This document shows, in pieces, positions 10,075 to 20,114 of a stretch of DNA of 44,226 nucleotides; position 1 is the stretch's first letter; each line of letters starts with the position of its first letter. Source of the stretch: Promethearchaeota archaeon (GTDB taxonomy: Archaea; Asgardarchaeota; Lokiarchaeia; Sigyniarchaeales; SOKP01); NCBI GenBank assembly GCA_048939015.1, contig JBHLPW010000045.1, forward strand, positions 1-44,226. The letters run 5' to 3'. The notes under the pieces were generated by a model. That model searched no databases. It was not told the origin of the DNA and saw nothing but the letters and a program-made list of their open reading frames with translations. The translations under genes were made by a program, and so were the position numbers.

Positions 10075-11781
10075 TTACCTAACAGATTTTATAGCTACCA
10101 ACTTCTTTTTTAGACCAATTTTCTGTTTCTCTCTAGATTGTTTCTCTCGTACTTTTCCATTTTCTGCTCCAGATTTTGCTAATTCATTCTTTAATTCTTC
10201 TGCCAGTACACCCAATTTATTTGCTGTAGCTGTTATTTCTTCCATTGAAGCAGTTTGTTGTTCTGATGAGGCACTAATACCTTCAAGTGCCCGTGAATTT
10301 TCCTCACCAGCTGCAGTTGTGGATTCAATGTCTTGAGTTATAGCTGCAATTAGTTCAACTGTAGATTGAATGCGGGTTGTAATATCCTTTACTTGTGCAC
10401 CTGTATCATCAGTAGCATTTTTAGATTCTTCAGCAAGTTTTCGAACCTCATCTGCCACTACAGCAAAGCCTCTTCCATATTCACCAGCTCTTCCTGCTTC
10501 AATACTGGCATTAAGTGCCAATAAATTCGTTTGATCTGAAATACTTGTTATTAGATCCATTATTCTATTGATATCTGTAGTTGATTTCATAATTTCATGG
10601 GAGAGATCATTGATATTACTTGACATTTTACTGATTTCTACAAGTGAATTAACTTGACTCTGAGTATTCATGGAAACCTCCTGAGTAGTAGAGGCGATTT
10701 CCTCTGAAGCAGCATTAACTTCACTCGCACTTGCAGCTAACTCTGTGGCCATATTTGAGACATTCACACTTGCATTCGATCCTGCTTTTAATATATTTTC
10801 CATGTTGTTAGTAACACCTGTGATACTTCTTACAGTTGGAACCGCTACAGCTATACCAAGCGCAATTGCTATTACTATAACAGCAACTATTACGATATAT
10901 GAAGTAGTTATTGCAGATCGCGCTGCTGCCTTATTTGCTTCAATATGAGTATCTACTTCCTGATCTAGAGCATTTAAATCTGCCACTAATTCATCAGCGG
11001 TGACATTTATTGTGTTGATATCTGCTTCCAGTTTGTCATAGTCATCAAAAACTCCGTGTCCGGGCTCAATTGCTAAATTTGAAAAGTTCACATGGTGAGT
11101 TTCTATCTCATCAAGAACATTTTCAATAGTCGTATTTCCAGTATAAAATGTAGCAATGTTATTAATACAACTATCGAACAAAGTTAAAGATGCGTTAAAC
11201 TCATTACGTGTTTCTTCATCTTGATTAGAAATATACTCATAAACGAAGAGCATTTGTTCGGCTATACACATTTTCATAAGTGAAGCATTTAGGTCCATTA
11301 CTGGATCTTCAATATATCCTAGTAAGATATTAATTTCTTCATCGATATGTTCATGTAATTCAAAGATCATATCTACATGCCCTAAAATTTCATCTTGATG
11401 AGCAAGTATTCCTTCAGTTCCATTAACGATGAATCCCATTATCTCTTCATGATGCTCTTCTAATTCATCGATTTCTAAGGTATACTCTGGAACCAATTGT
11501 TTTAATTCATCAGCATGTTCATCAAATTCTTCAGTTGCAGATATAATTTCAGTTCTTTGATGACTAGTATCTCCTCCTAAGTATTCCCACATTTCTCTCA
11601 AAGCATAATCCATATGAAATTTCATATCATTCATGATTTCCATTGCAATAGAATCTACATTAGCTAAATCAGTGTATCTTTGATCTAAATTATTAAGTTG
11701 AAAGAAGCTAACTCCTCCTAGCACGCATGTAAACGTAATTAAACATGCAAATCCTATTGTCATTCTTCTTCCTATATTCAT
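10075..11781 (-). CDS. Methyl-accepting chemotaxis-like receptor MCP1 (2 TM, helical extracellular domain, no obvious HAMP)
   Basis: [40 protein letters not shown] hairpin tip. Confidence 0.95.
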   Translation of the reverse strand: MNIGRRMTIGFACLITFTCVLGGVSFFQLNNLDQRYTDLANVDSIAMEIMNDMKFHMDYALREMWEYLGGDTSHQRTEIISATEEFDEHADELKQLVPEYTLEIDELEEHHEEIMGFIVNGTEGILAHQDEILGHVDMIFELHEHIDEEINILLGYIEDPVMDLNASLMKMCIAEQMLFVYEYISNQDEETRNEFNASLTLFDSCINNIATFYTGNTTIENVLDEIETHHVNFSNLAIEPGHGVFDDYDKLEADINTINVTADELVADLNALDQEVDTHIEANKAAARSAITTSYIVIVAVIVIAIALGIAVAVPTVRSITGVTNNMENILKAGSNASVNVSNMATELAASASEVNAASEEIASTTQEVSMNTQSQVNSLVEISKMSSNINDLSHEIMKSTTDINRIMDLITSISDQTNLLALNASIEAGRAGEYGRGFAVVADEVRKLAEESKNATDDTGAQVKDITTRIQSTVELIAAITQDIESTTAAGEENSRALEGISASSEQQTASMEEITATANKLGVLAEELKNELAKSGAENGKVREKQSREKQKIGLKKKLVAIKSVR

Positions 11782-11925
11782 TTTTTTTAAATCCCTTCCT
11801 AAATATCACTGTTTATTGTAACATATAATTCACTTAACGAAAGGTTATAATTGCAAATCCCTTAATATTTACAATAAGTGAATTTTGATACAAAAAACTT
11901 CTTAACTTAGTAGTTTTAGCACAAT

Positions 11926-12033
11926 TATTTAAACTTTTTTTATTCAAACATTGTTCTTGAACGCGATAGTATGTAAAAAACTGCAGAAATTTATTCTTTT
12001 TTATGTAAATCAATATTTTTTTGTACAAAAAAA
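11926..12033 (-). promoter_or_regulatory. MCP1 promoter block (BRE/TATA plus upstream motifs)
   Basis: TATTTAAACTTTTTTTATTCAAA (11926-11948) is identical to 16921-16943. It is followed by ATGTAAA twice and the palindrome T7-GTAC-A7 (12016-12033). Confidence 0.75.
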
Positions 12034-12298
12034 CAATTAATTACAGTATTTAATAATTAGACGATAAAATTAGAGCATCTTAAAAATATTGGAAATAGTT
12101 TTTTTTACTGAATAAAACAGTAATTCAATAAATAATCTATTTTCTGTAAGCATAATTGGAATCTTCAAATTATCTTAAAAAAAATGTATAAATAGAAGTA
12201 ATATCTTTAACTTGTTGAAGTGTCTTCATTTGAGATTAAGATCTTAAATATAATTCATAAATAATTAACCAAAGCATTTTAGGAGGAGTTTTCACCTA

Positions 12299-13627
12299 AT
12301 GAATAAGCCAACCTTAAATTTATACAATAAATTTGCCAATTTGAAGGAAAAATTTATTGAAAACAGAATTGTAATTATTGCAATTATTATTTTTTTGATT
12401 TATTGGATTTTAGAGTCAATTATGGATACTTTTTTATTTCAATCCAATAAAAATTTTATAGAAAACCTATTTTTCTTAGAGATCCATGAAAGTTGGCATC
12501 GTTTTCTTATTTTTGGATTTTTCATTTTTATTGGGTTATATTCTCAAAATATAATTACAAGGAGGAAAAAAGCTGAACTAAAAATCATTGAATTAGCAAG
12601 ATATACATCTGAAAATCCAAATCCTATTTTGAGAATATCTAAAAATCAAATTGCATATATTAATGAAGTTGGTCAAGAACTATTTAATCTAAGTGAGAAT
12701 AGTGAAACCCCAAATTTTTTGCGAGAGAAAATAACAGATTCAATGAGTAAAGAGAAAAGAGAATTAGTTGAAGTAAAGTTTAAAGATCGATTTTATTCAT
12801 TTGTTATCTCACCAAATAAGGAAGCAGATTACACTAATATTTATGGAATGGATATTACAGAACGTAAAAAAGCAGAAGATTTAATTTTAGAAGAATATCA
12901 AAAATTATCAGAACTTAATCAAATGAGAAAAGATTTAATAATAAGAGTTTCTCATGAGTTAAAGACTCCTTTGAATGCAATTTATGGTGCTTCACAGAGA
13001 TTATTCGAGTATCATGAAAATCATCCCCATTCACATCTCAACAAATATGTAGAAATCATAAACAGAGGTGGGAATAGACTAAAAAATCTTATATCCAATA
13101 TAATTGATGCCTCAAAAATAGACTATAATAAAATGGAATTGAAAATGAAAAAAGAAAATTTGGTTGAACTTATTAAGGAATGTATTGAAGATTTGATTTT
13201 TTTTGCTAATGAAAGAAAAGTCTTTTTAAATATTAATCTCCCTCAAGAATTATTCATTAAAATAGATAAATTTAGGATTGAACAGGTTTTCACTAATATC
13301 CTATCAAATGCCATAAAAAATACTCCATCAGGGGGTTTGATTTATATTAGATTATTAGAAATGGATAAATCATTTGACATTTCTATAAAAGACACAGGGA
13401 TTGGCCTAACAAACGAAGAAATGAAGAAATTGTTTAAAAGATTTGGAAAAATTGAAAGATATGGAAGATCGTTGGGTGTAGATATTGAAGGTTCTGGATT
13501 AGGTTTATATATTTCCAATGAAATAGTCAAATTGCATAACGGTGAAATTCTGGTAAAATCAGAAGGGAGAAATAAAGGAGCTGAATTTACAATTAGATTG
13601 TATAAGAATCACTCAAGTAATAATTAA
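12299..13627 (+). CDS. Membrane-anchored class I sensor histidine kinase (2 TM, PAS-like, HisKA, HATPase)
   Basis: SHELKTPL H-box, NILSNAIK, DTGIG, EGSGLGL; SD AGGAGG. Confidence 0.95.
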   Translation: MNKPTLNLYNKFANLKEKFIENRIVIIAIIIFLIYWILESIMDTFLFQSNKNFIENLFFLEIHESWHRFLIFGFFIFIGLYSQNIITRRKKAELKIIELARYTSENPNPILRISKNQIAYINEVGQELFNLSENSETPNFLREKITDSMSKEKRELVEVKFKDRFYSFVISPNKEADYTNIYGMDITERKKAEDLILEEYQKLSELNQMRKDLIIRVSHELKTPLNAIYGASQRLFEYHENHPHSHLNKYVEIINRGGNRLKNLISNIIDASKIDYNKMELKMKKENLVELIKECIEDLIFFANERKVFLNINLPQELFIKIDKFRIEQVFTNILSNAIKNTPSGGLIYIRLLEMDKSFDISIKDTGIGLTNEEMKKLFKRFGKIERYGRSLGVDIEGSGLGLYISNEIVKLHNGEILVKSEGRNKGAEFTIRLYKNHSSNN

Positions 13628-13659
13628 TAATCAAAATCTAATAAAAATAGAGACTTTGT

Positions 13660-14508
13660 TCATTTTAAATGATTAAATATTGTTTCGAATTTAGAAAAAT
13701 CAAAAGGTTTCAAAAAGTAACCATTGGCTCCTGTTTCATTCATTTTTTCTTCGACTTCAGAATGTGGAACAGCTGTTATAAAAAAAATAGGCACTTTTTT
13801 CAGAGTATTCGATAACCTCATTTTTTTACATATTTCATATCCATCAATATCTGGAAGGAGTATATCAAGTAAAACTAATTTAGGAACATACCTGTACATT
13901 TCTTCAATCGCTTCTAAGCCAGATGTAAGATATTTACAGACATATCCTTTACCTCTAAAATAGTCAGTTAGTAAATTAATCGTTAAGAAATCATCTTCAA
14001 CAATCAGAATATCATACAAATTATTTTCGACATCAGATTTTTCTAAATCTTTGATAATTTTTTCTTCTAAAATTAGACTTTGATCATATATTGTTTTCAA
14101 TTTTAAAGCTATGTCCCAATCTAACTTATCTTTATAATTTTCCAACAAAATCTGTGAATACCCTTTAATTATTGTAAGAGATTCTTTTAAATCATGGGAT
14201 ATCTGAGAAATTGCTTTAAAGGAACGAGATTTCTCTTTTATCTCTATAAAAGAATTAACAGCTTCCCTTACAAGTTTTGAAATCGTTGGATAATCATAAT
14301 TTTTAATAAAATCTTGCCATTTTGATTTAGTTTCTTCAGAGACTAAAATCATTATTCTTTCTTTATTTTTTTCATAAATTTTTTCACCTTTTTGCCATTT
14401 TTTAAATCCCTCTGTTATCCGATCTCTCCAAATAGCAAATTTTCCTGTCTCTTTCTCATATTGTTCCATCTCTTTAGTTTTTTTCAAATTTCCTGAGATA
14501 AGATCCAC
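13660..14508 (-). CDS. Response regulator RR1: N-terminal micro-domain, RHH-like, HisKA (DHp only), REC
   Basis: RIMILVSEETKSKW...TISKLVREAV (RHH pattern); SHDLKESL (H-box); ILIVEDD, LLDILLP, FITA, LKPF (REC). Confidence 0.85.
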   Translation of the reverse strand: MDLISGNLKKTKEMEQYEKETGKFAIWRDRITEGFKKWQKGEKIYEKNKERIMILVSEETKSKWQDFIKNYDYPTISKLVREAVNSFIEIKEKSRSFKAISQISHDLKESLTIIKGYSQILLENYKDKLDWDIALKLKTIYDQSLILEEKIIKDLEKSDVENNLYDILIVEDDFLTINLLTDYFRGKGYVCKYLTSGLEAIEEMYRYVPKLVLLDILLPDIDGYEICKKMRLSNTLKKVPIFFITAVPHSEVEEKMNETGANGYFLKPFDFSKFETIFNHLK

Positions 14509-14811
14509 CCTATTATAATAATTGAGAACTTTTTTTAATTTAAACCTTTTAATTTGTTATTTTATGAATAAAATATCAAATCCTAAAGATTTGTTAACTT
14601 TTATCAATTGAATATAAAATATTTTATTTAGAAATTTTATATTAACGGAAATAAATTTTTATTCAAAAAAAATTTCTTTTTGAATAATATAAAATCACTC
14701 ATATTAAAAATTATTACAATTTCTATGAACCTATCTAAATCCATTTTAGATGATTGATCAATTATCTATACCCTTAAAATGTGATTCTATTTCTAAAAAA
14801 ATTAAAATTAA

Positions 14812-14843
14812 AAGGGGGTTATCTTTAAAAGATAAGCCCCCTT
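14812..14843. repeat. GC-cored inverted repeat (hairpin) between MCP2 and RR1
   Basis: AAGGGGG-TTATCTTT-A-AAAGATAA-G-CCCCCTT: 15 bp stem with one bulge. Confidence 0.7.
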
Positions 14844-14989
14844 AGGGATTTAAAAATTTAAGGGATTTGCTAATAAATTATATTATCATAATATTTTAAA
14901 CTAAAAAATTAAAAAGTTAAGTGGAATTTAATCCACAATTTAATTCTCATTATATTTTTTTAAAGGGGATATATAGATTTACACTTATA

Positions 14990-16750
14990 TCATTCTTCTA
15001 ATGATTCAGCCTGTCGAATAGTCTTTAAGACTGCTAGTTTCTTCTTAAATCCAGATTTCTCCTGCTTTTTGGGTAATTCAGTCGTACTTATTTTCTTTGT
15101 TTTTCCATTATCTCCTCCAGATTTTGCTAATTCATTCTTTAACTCTTCTGCTAGCACTCCTAGTTTATTAGCTGTAGCTGTAATTTCTTCCATTGAGGCA
15201 GTCTGTTGTTCTGAAGAAGCACTAATACCTTCAAGTGCTCGCGAATTCTCTTCTCCCGCTGCCGTTGTAGATTCAATGTCTTGAGTTATAGCCGCAATTA
15301 ATTCAACTGTAGATTGAATGCGGGTTGTTATATCCTTTACTTGTGATCCTGTATCATCAGTAGCATTTTTAGATTCTTCAGCAAGCTTTCGAACCTCGTC
15401 TGCCACTACAGCAAAGCCTCGACCGTGCTCACCTGCCCTACCTGCCTCAATACTTGCGTTTAAAGCTAATAAATTAGTTTGATCTGATATGCTTGTTATA
15501 AGATCCATGATTCTATTAATATCTGTGGTTGATTTCATGATTTCATGCGATAGATCATTGATATTACTTGACATTTTACTGATTTCTACAAGCGAATTAA
15601 CTTGACTTTGAGTATTCATGGAGACCTCTTGGGTTGTTGAAGCAATTTCTTCAGATGCTGCATTTACTTCACTAGCACTCGCCGCTAACTCTGTCGCCAT
15701 ATTTGAGACATTCACACTTGCATTTGATCCTGCTTTTAAAACATTCTCCATATTTTTTGTAACTCTTACAATCCCTCTAACCGTAGGAACTGCAATTACT
15801 ATCCCTAGAACTACTGCAATTACTATCACTGAAATGATAATTATATATGATGTAAAAATTGTTGATTGCGCATTAGCTTTATTTAATTCTATATGTTCAT
15901 CGACTTCATAATTCAAAACATCTAATTCTCCAACCACTCCTTCGAAGGTTGCATTAATCTCACCAATTTCGACTAATAAAGTATCATAATCTCCAAAAAT
16001 CCCGTGTTCTGTACCCTCTGAGTAGTCAGAAAAATTAACATGATGAAGTTCTATAAGATCCAGCAAATTTTCTATTGTGCTATTTCCAGAGTAAAAAGTT
16101 CTTATAGTATCAATACACGTATCAAATTCAACATTTGCAGCATCAAATTCATTAACAGTATCAGGATCTGGATTTGTGATATATTCATATACAAAAAGCA
16201 TCTGTTCAACAAGATACATTTTCATTATTGAAGCATTTAAATCCATCACCGGATCATTAACAAGTGCTAATAGTGTGTCTATATCGTCATCAACCTCTTC
16301 GTGTAATTCAAAAACGATATCGAGATGTTCTAAGATTTCATCTTGATGAGCCAAAATTCCTTCAGTATCATTTACAATATGACTTATAATAAAATCATGA
16401 TCAGCTATAATTTCTTCTATTTCAATAGAAAATTCAGGGAGTAAGTCTGCTAGTTCCTCTGCATGCAAATCAAATTCAGTTGCACGTGCATTTATTTCAT
16501 CCTGTTGATGAGAAACATCTCCCTCTAAATATTCCCACATTTCACGTAATACATAATCTATATCATATTGCAGATCCATCATTAATTCCATTGCAATTGA
16601 ATCTACATTAGCCAAATCTTTATATTCTTGATCTAAACTGTTTAATTGAGTGAAACTAATAACACCTAAAGCAACAGAAATGATCATAAGGCATGCAAAT
16701 CCAAATGTCATTCTTCTTCCAATATTCATATTTTTTCTCCTTATTTTCAT
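14990..16750 (-). CDS. Methyl-accepting chemotaxis-like receptor MCP2 (paralog of MCP1; start may be MNIGRR at 16729)
   Basis: Same hairpin-tip motif; collinear with MCP1 over its whole length. Confidence 0.95.
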   Translation of the reverse strand: MKIRRKNMNIGRRMTFGFACLMIISVALGVISFTQLNSLDQEYKDLANVDSIAMELMMDLQYDIDYVLREMWEYLEGDVSHQQDEINARATEFDLHAEELADLLPEFSIEIEEIIADHDFIISHIVNDTEGILAHQDEILEHLDIVFELHEEVDDDIDTLLALVNDPVMDLNASIMKMYLVEQMLFVYEYITNPDPDTVNEFDAANVEFDTCIDTIRTFYSGNSTIENLLDLIELHHVNFSDYSEGTEHGIFGDYDTLLVEIGEINATFEGVVGELDVLNYEVDEHIELNKANAQSTIFTSYIIIISVIVIAVVLGIVIAVPTVRGIVRVTKNMENVLKAGSNASVNVSNMATELAASASEVNAASEEIASTTQEVSMNTQSQVNSLVEISKMSSNINDLSHEIMKSTTDINRIMDLITSISDQTNLLALNASIEAGRAGEHGRGFAVVADEVRKLAEESKNATDDTGSQVKDITTRIQSTVELIAAITQDIESTTAAGEENSRALEGISASSEQQTASMEEITATANKLGVLAEELKNELAKSGGDNGKTKKISTTELPKKQEKSGFKKKLAVLKTIRQAESLEE

Positions 16751-16920
16751 ATATTATTTGATTTATTTATGTAAATAATCATAGATTTCTGTATATTGAA
16801 TCTCTTAAATTATGTAATAGTATTCATATTTTTATTTTTTATATTAAGAAGTTTGTATACAAAAATGATTTTTACATATTTTTATATTTTCAAATATTAG
16901 TTTTATAGTCAAAAAATTTA

Positions 16921-17028
16921 TATTTAAACTTTTTTTATTCAAAAATTGTACGAGAGCCACGATATATGTAAAAAAAGTTGTGGAATTTTATCCTTTTTTA
17001 TGTAAAACTTTTCTTTTTATACAAAAAG
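16921..17028 (-). promoter_or_regulatory. MCP2 promoter block, homologous to 11926-12033
   Basis: Identical 23-mer with TATA; ATGTAAA at 16966 and 17000; CTTTTT-ATAC-AAAAAG at 17013-17028. Confidence 0.75.
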
Positions 17029-17229
17029 TGATTTTTTTTTTTAAAATTGTATAATTTAGCACTTTTATATATGAATTAAATTATTTGAAAGATCCTTGAA
17101 TATTGAATTAAAATCTAATTTTTGATTTTATTCGAAAAGTAAAGTATCTATTTTTATTGTATTTTCATTAAATATTTAAAATTCGATAAGAATTAATTCA
17201 TATATTATATAGAATAATAAGGTGATTAA

Positions 17230-19137
17230 TTGCCACTAAATCAAAACCAAAATATTTCTGATTTATTGGAAAAACATAGTAAAAAGCAAATATCATTAGA
17301 CGATATTATTACGAAATATGTTAAACCTGGAAGTCGGATTTTTATCGATTCTGGTTGTGCTGAACCAATCGATCTTACTAAAAAATTAATTGAACTTGGT
17401 TTAAACCTTCCAGATATAGAGATATTACACTTTCTCAGTCTAAGTGATTTGGATTATTATGAAACTGCCGGTAGTATAGAAGATCTATTTAGGCATAATG
17501 CATTTTTCATTGGAAAATCACTTCGTAAATATGTTGAACTTGGTCAGGCAGATTATTCTCCAATGTTACTTTCGGAGATTCCGAGATTATTTAAATCTGG
17601 AATGATGCATTTAGATACTGCGTTAATTCAAGTGAGCTTACCTGATCAATATGGATTCTGTAGCTATGGGATTAATGTAGATATCGCAAAGCCAATAGCA
17701 GAATCTGCTGAATATGTTATAGCTGAAATCAATCCTAAAATGCCACGTACTTTGGGAGATTCTTTTATTCACATAAATGACTTAGATGCATTTGTTTTAA
17801 GTGATCATGATATTATTGAATTTAGTTATAGTGAACTCGATGAGGTTTCCATTAAAATAGCTAAGTTTGCCGCTTCTTTAATTGAAGATGAATCAACTAT
17901 TCAAATGGGAATCGGAGAAATTCCTAACGCAGTTACTAAGGAGTTGGTAGAAAAAAGGGATTTGGGGGTGCATAGTGAAGTATTTTCAGATGGAATTGTA
18001 GATCTTGTAGAAAAAGGTGTAATCACATGTAAAAAAAAGACACTTCACAAAGATAAGATTATATGCTCATTTGTTATGGGTTCTAAAAGATTATATGATT
18101 TTGTTGATGACAATCCTATGGTCGAATTTCATCCATGTGATTATACAAATGATCCATATATTATTAGCAAAAATAAGAAACAAGTAGCTATAAATGCCGC
18201 TTTAAGTGTTGATCTAACAGGTCAAGTGAATTCAGATTCTTTAGGTCACAGATTTTACAGTGGAATCGGTGGACAAGTTGATTTTGTAAGAGGGGCAGGA
18301 AGATCTATCGACGGAAAGCCTATTATGACTTTACCTTCTACAGCAACATTAAAAGATGGTACTGTGGTGTCAAGAATAGTTCCTTTCCTTCAACCTGGCT
18401 CTGGAGTAGTAATAACAAGAGGTGATATCCATTATGTAGTTACAGAATGGGGTATTGCTTATCTTTATGGAAAAAGTATTCGAGAAAGAGTACTTGAAAT
18501 GATAAATATAGCTCATCCTGATTTTCGGGAAGAATTATTAGACCATGCTAAAAAGTGGAAGTATGTATATTCAGACCAAAAGTTGCCCATTTCTATAGAT
18601 GGAAGGATAAGTATATATCCTGACAAATATGAAACTATATTAAAGCTTGAAAATGGAAAAACAATTAAAATCCGTCCTATAAAACCCACAGATGAGAGAT
18701 TAATCCAAGAACTCCATTATTCTTTGGATGATAAGGATAGATATCTAAGATTTTTCACTCCTGTCAAAGATTTCCGTCATAAGAAGATACAACCACTTGT
18801 AACAATTGATTATACTAATGATATGATTTTAGTGGCAGAAGTTCATGAAAAAGCAGAAGAACAAATTGTAGCTCTTGGAGCATTTTTTAAAACTATTCAA
18901 CCTTCTATTGGAGAGTTAGCTTTTGTTGTTCACACTGATTGGAGAGGACTTGGAATTACCAAGTTTTTATTAAACTATTTAGTCCAGATTGGAAAAGAAT
19001 TAAATTTCAGAACTTTTACAGGCTCTATTCTACTTGAAAATAAACCGATGCTTCACATTATTAACAACTCTGGATATTCACTTAATTTGAAAAGAATTGA
19101 AGGAAATGTTACAATTTTTGCTTTTGATCTTACCTAA
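17230..19137 (+). CDS. Acetyl-CoA hydrolase/4-hydroxybutyrate CoA-transferase fused to a C-terminal GNAT acetyltransferase
   Basis: IQMGIGEIPNAV, DLGVHSE (catalytic Glu), SGIGGQVDFVRGA, IAHPDFRE; GNAT part IRPIKPTD, YLRFF, ELAFVVHTDWRGLGI. Confidence 0.92.
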   Translation: MPLNQNQNISDLLEKHSKKQISLDDIITKYVKPGSRIFIDSGCAEPIDLTKKLIELGLNLPDIEILHFLSLSDLDYYETAGSIEDLFRHNAFFIGKSLRKYVELGQADYSPMLLSEIPRLFKSGMMHLDTALIQVSLPDQYGFCSYGINVDIAKPIAESAEYVIAEINPKMPRTLGDSFIHINDLDAFVLSDHDIIEFSYSELDEVSIKIAKFAASLIEDESTIQMGIGEIPNAVTKELVEKRDLGVHSEVFSDGIVDLVEKGVITCKKKTLHKDKIICSFVMGSKRLYDFVDDNPMVEFHPCDYTNDPYIISKNKKQVAINAALSVDLTGQVNSDSLGHRFYSGIGGQVDFVRGAGRSIDGKPIMTLPSTATLKDGTVVSRIVPFLQPGSGVVITRGDIHYVVTEWGIAYLYGKSIRERVLEMINIAHPDFREELLDHAKKWKYVYSDQKLPISIDGRISIYPDKYETILKLENGKTIKIRPIKPTDERLIQELHYSLDDKDRYLRFFTPVKDFRHKKIQPLVTIDYTNDMILVAEVHEKAEEQIVALGAFFKTIQPSIGELAFVVHTDWRGLGITKFLLNYLVQIGKELNFRTFTGSILLENKPMLHIINNSGYSLNLKRIEGNVTIFAFDLT

Positions 19138-19227
19138 ATTAAATATTATAAGTATAGATATTTTTTATAAACCAAAATTTCTTTTTCTTATAGATGTTAG
19201 ATCATCTTAGTTTTTAATTATCAATTT

Positions 19228-20112
19228 TTGATGTCTAAAATTAGTGAAAATATATTCATTACTGACTTCTATAAACTTTATAAAAAAGTAGGATTAGCCC
19301 TAGAAATTATTCAATCATTCCAGAAAATAATTTATGATTATTATAGAAATCATAAGAGGAAATTTCCTTTTAGAGAGAATATCACACCTTATAATGTTTT
19401 AGTTTCAGAAATTATGCTACAACAAACACAAACAAGAAGAGTAGTAGAAAAATTCTTAAAATTTACAAAGAAATTTCCAGATTTTTTAACTTTATCTCAA
19501 GCTCCACTGGATTTAATTCTTAAAGAATGGAAAGGCTTAGGTTATAATAGGAGAGCTATAGCTTTAAAAAAGATTGCAGAAATCGTTGTTAATGAATATG
19601 AGGGAAAACTTCCAGAATCTTTAGAGATATTGAAATCTTTCCCACAAATAGGACATAATACCGCATCTTCCATCATAACTTTTGTCTTTAATAGACCAAC
19701 GATCTTTATTGAGACGAATATAAGAAGAGTTTATATTTATTTCTTCTTTCCTAAGAAAAATAATGTAAATGACAAAGATATTTTGCCAATATTGAAAAAA
19801 ACAGTTGATAAAACCAAACCTCGAGATTGGTATTACGCACTTATGGATTACGGCGTAATGCTAAAAAAAGCATATCCGGATCTAAATAAGAGAAGTTCTC
19901 ATTATCGAAAACAAGCCCCGTTTAAAGGATCTTCGAGGCAAATAAGGGGACAAATTCTAAAAATGTTAATTTCAAATGTTAAGATGGAAATCACTGAGAT
20001 TAGCAATAAAATAAAAAATGTTGAATTAAATAGAATAAAATCTATTCTTTTTCAATTAGAGAAAGAAGGTTTTGTAGAAATAACAGGTAATCAAGCTAAA
20101 ATTGTTGATTAA
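19228..20112 (+). CDS. mutY: A/G-specific adenine glycosylase, short form without the Fe-S cysteines
   Basis: TPYNVLVSEIMLQQTQ, WKGLGYNRRA, FIETNIRRV, ALMDYG. Confidence 0.88.
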   Translation: MMSKISENIFITDFYKLYKKVGLALEIIQSFQKIIYDYYRNHKRKFPFRENITPYNVLVSEIMLQQTQTRRVVEKFLKFTKKFPDFLTLSQAPLDLILKEWKGLGYNRRAIALKKIAEIVVNEYEGKLPESLEILKSFPQIGHNTASSIITFVFNRPTIFIETNIRRVYIYFFFPKKNNVNDKDILPILKKTVDKTKPRDWYYALMDYGVMLKKAYPDLNKRSSHYRKQAPFKGSSRQIRGQILKMLISNVKMEITEISNKIKNVELNRIKSILFQLEKEGFVEITGNQAKIVD

Positions 20113-20114
20113 TT

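Noticed and set aside
10745-10948. Antisense ORFs over the MCPs (also 15069-15284, 15618-15911, 28235-28543, 28550-28861)
   Set aside because: Shadow frames of conserved Ala/Ser-rich MCP coding sequence; they recur only because the sense gene is repeated.
11834-12028. 64 aa ORF upstream of MCP1
   Set aside because: Overlaps the conserved promoter block and has no SD.
10170-15750. Near-identical MCP1/MCP2 signalling domains as a recent duplication or assembly artefact
   Set aside because: Many synonymous differences are visible, which indicates an older duplication under purifying selection.
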